Translations under genes and position numbers: made by a program
Source of the DNA: a virus
Length of the DNA: 64,000 bases
IMG/VR virus record: IMGVR_UViG_3300020020_000026
Coordinates: 1 to 64,000 of that record
Direction: 5' to 3' (one strand)
Notes under the pieces: generated by a model
Seen by the model: only the letters and a program-made list of their open reading frames with translations
Database searches by the model: none
Told to the model about the DNA's origin: nothing
Shown here: one piece after another, positions 63,371-64,000 of the stretch
Numbering within the stretch: the stretch's first letter is position 1
How the letters are laid out: every line of letters begins with the position of its first letter

Positions 63371-64000
63371 CTACATCCCTATCCCAAACATCGCCTGCGA
63401 TTGCGTGCCTTCGCCGTAACTGATCACCCAGATTTCGCCGCGCCCGCCGTTGCCGCCGTTGCCCGCAAAACCGCCATTGGTGCCTGCGCCGCCCCCACCG
63501 CCACCACCGCCGGGAGCGCCGCCGTCGCCACCGACGCCCGTCACAGGACTGCCTGAGCCGCCGCCACCGCCGCCCGATCCGGGATAACCATAGCCGGGAT
63601 AACCCGGAGCGCCGTTGCCGCCTGTCGTGCCACCCGCCGCCGCCAAGCCCAGACGATTTCGCCCGCCAGCACCGCCTGCCCAGTCGCCCGGCGTGCCCTT
63701 GCCACCACCACCGCCACCGCCAGCGCCGCCAGCCACCGCGTCGCCACCAATAAATCCCACTGAACCAGCCCCCGGCGATGCCCCGCCGCCCGCGCCGCCG
63801 AAGGGTCCGACGTTATTGGTGCCGTTTGTCGAGCCGCTGACGACGCCACCGTTGAAGCCCGCAGCACCCTGCGTACCTGTGCCTAGTCCGCCATTGCTGG
63901 CCAGCCCCGCGCCGCCACCACCGCATATCGTTGCGGTCAGCGATCCGCCCGCACCACCGCCGCCGTTGTACGCTGTGAGGTCAACGCCATTGATGGAGAA
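63371..64000 (-). CDS. Glycine-rich protein (partial; 5' end outside the window)
   Basis: GGGGGG runs and C-terminal GGNGGRGEIWVISY; frame stays open to the window edge. Confidence 0.7.
   Translation of the reverse strand, partial: FSINGVDLTAYNGGGGAGGSLTATICGGGGAGLASNGGLGTGTQGAAGFNGGVVSGSTNGTNNVGPFGGAGGGASPGAGSVGFIGGDAVAGGAGGGGGGGKGTPGDWAGGAGGRNRLGLAAAGGTTGGNGAPGYPGYGYPGSGGGGGGSGSPVTGVGGDGGAPGGGGGGGGAGTNGGFAGNGGNGGRGEIWVISYGEGTQSQAMFGIGM

Noticed and set aside
1-64000. Stop-codon reassignment or tRNA genes
   Set aside because: Conserved genes are uninterrupted, all three stop codons end genes, and no cloverleaf was recognised by eye (tRNAscan not run).

Overview
The window is most of a tailed dsDNA phage genome with an HK97-type head and a Mu-like contractile tail. 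The host is probably an alphaproteobacterium (Hyphomicrobiales-like), inferred from GcrA, an alphaproteobacterial XRE family protein, a VPLPA/PEP-CTERM protein and an EcfG-type promoter. Layout: 1-8014 (-) holds a probable packaging/terminus region, HNH, NusG paralogue, CoiA-like nuclease, iteron-type origin, primase-VirE, GcrA, RuvC-like resolvase and a DNA methyltransferase. 8159-27566 (+) holds YqaJ/RecT and many small early genes in promoter-led cassettes. 27563-64000 (-) is the late operon: head-accessory proteins, protease-capsid fusion, portal, neck, sheath, tube, chaperones, two tape-measure paralogues, baseplate, several fibres and lysis genes. No terminase, integrase, tRNA, CRISPR or reverse transcriptase was recognised. 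The most notable observations are five. (1) A genome-wide 17-bp palindromic element (TASGNC-N5-GNCSTA) sits as abutting tandem pairs over four sigma70-type early promoters and singly at late or moron sites. (2) The tail tube and main tail-fibre genes both appear to start at non-canonical ATC/ATT codons within a near-identical 17-nt initiation region. (3) The tandem tape-measure paralogues carry different peptidoglycan hydrolases. (4) An envelope-protein cassette includes a VPLPA/PEP-CTERM protein. (5) An EcfG-type promoter drives a 34-aa (Asn-Pro)n micropeptide. All calls come from reading the sequence by eye; no database searches were run.
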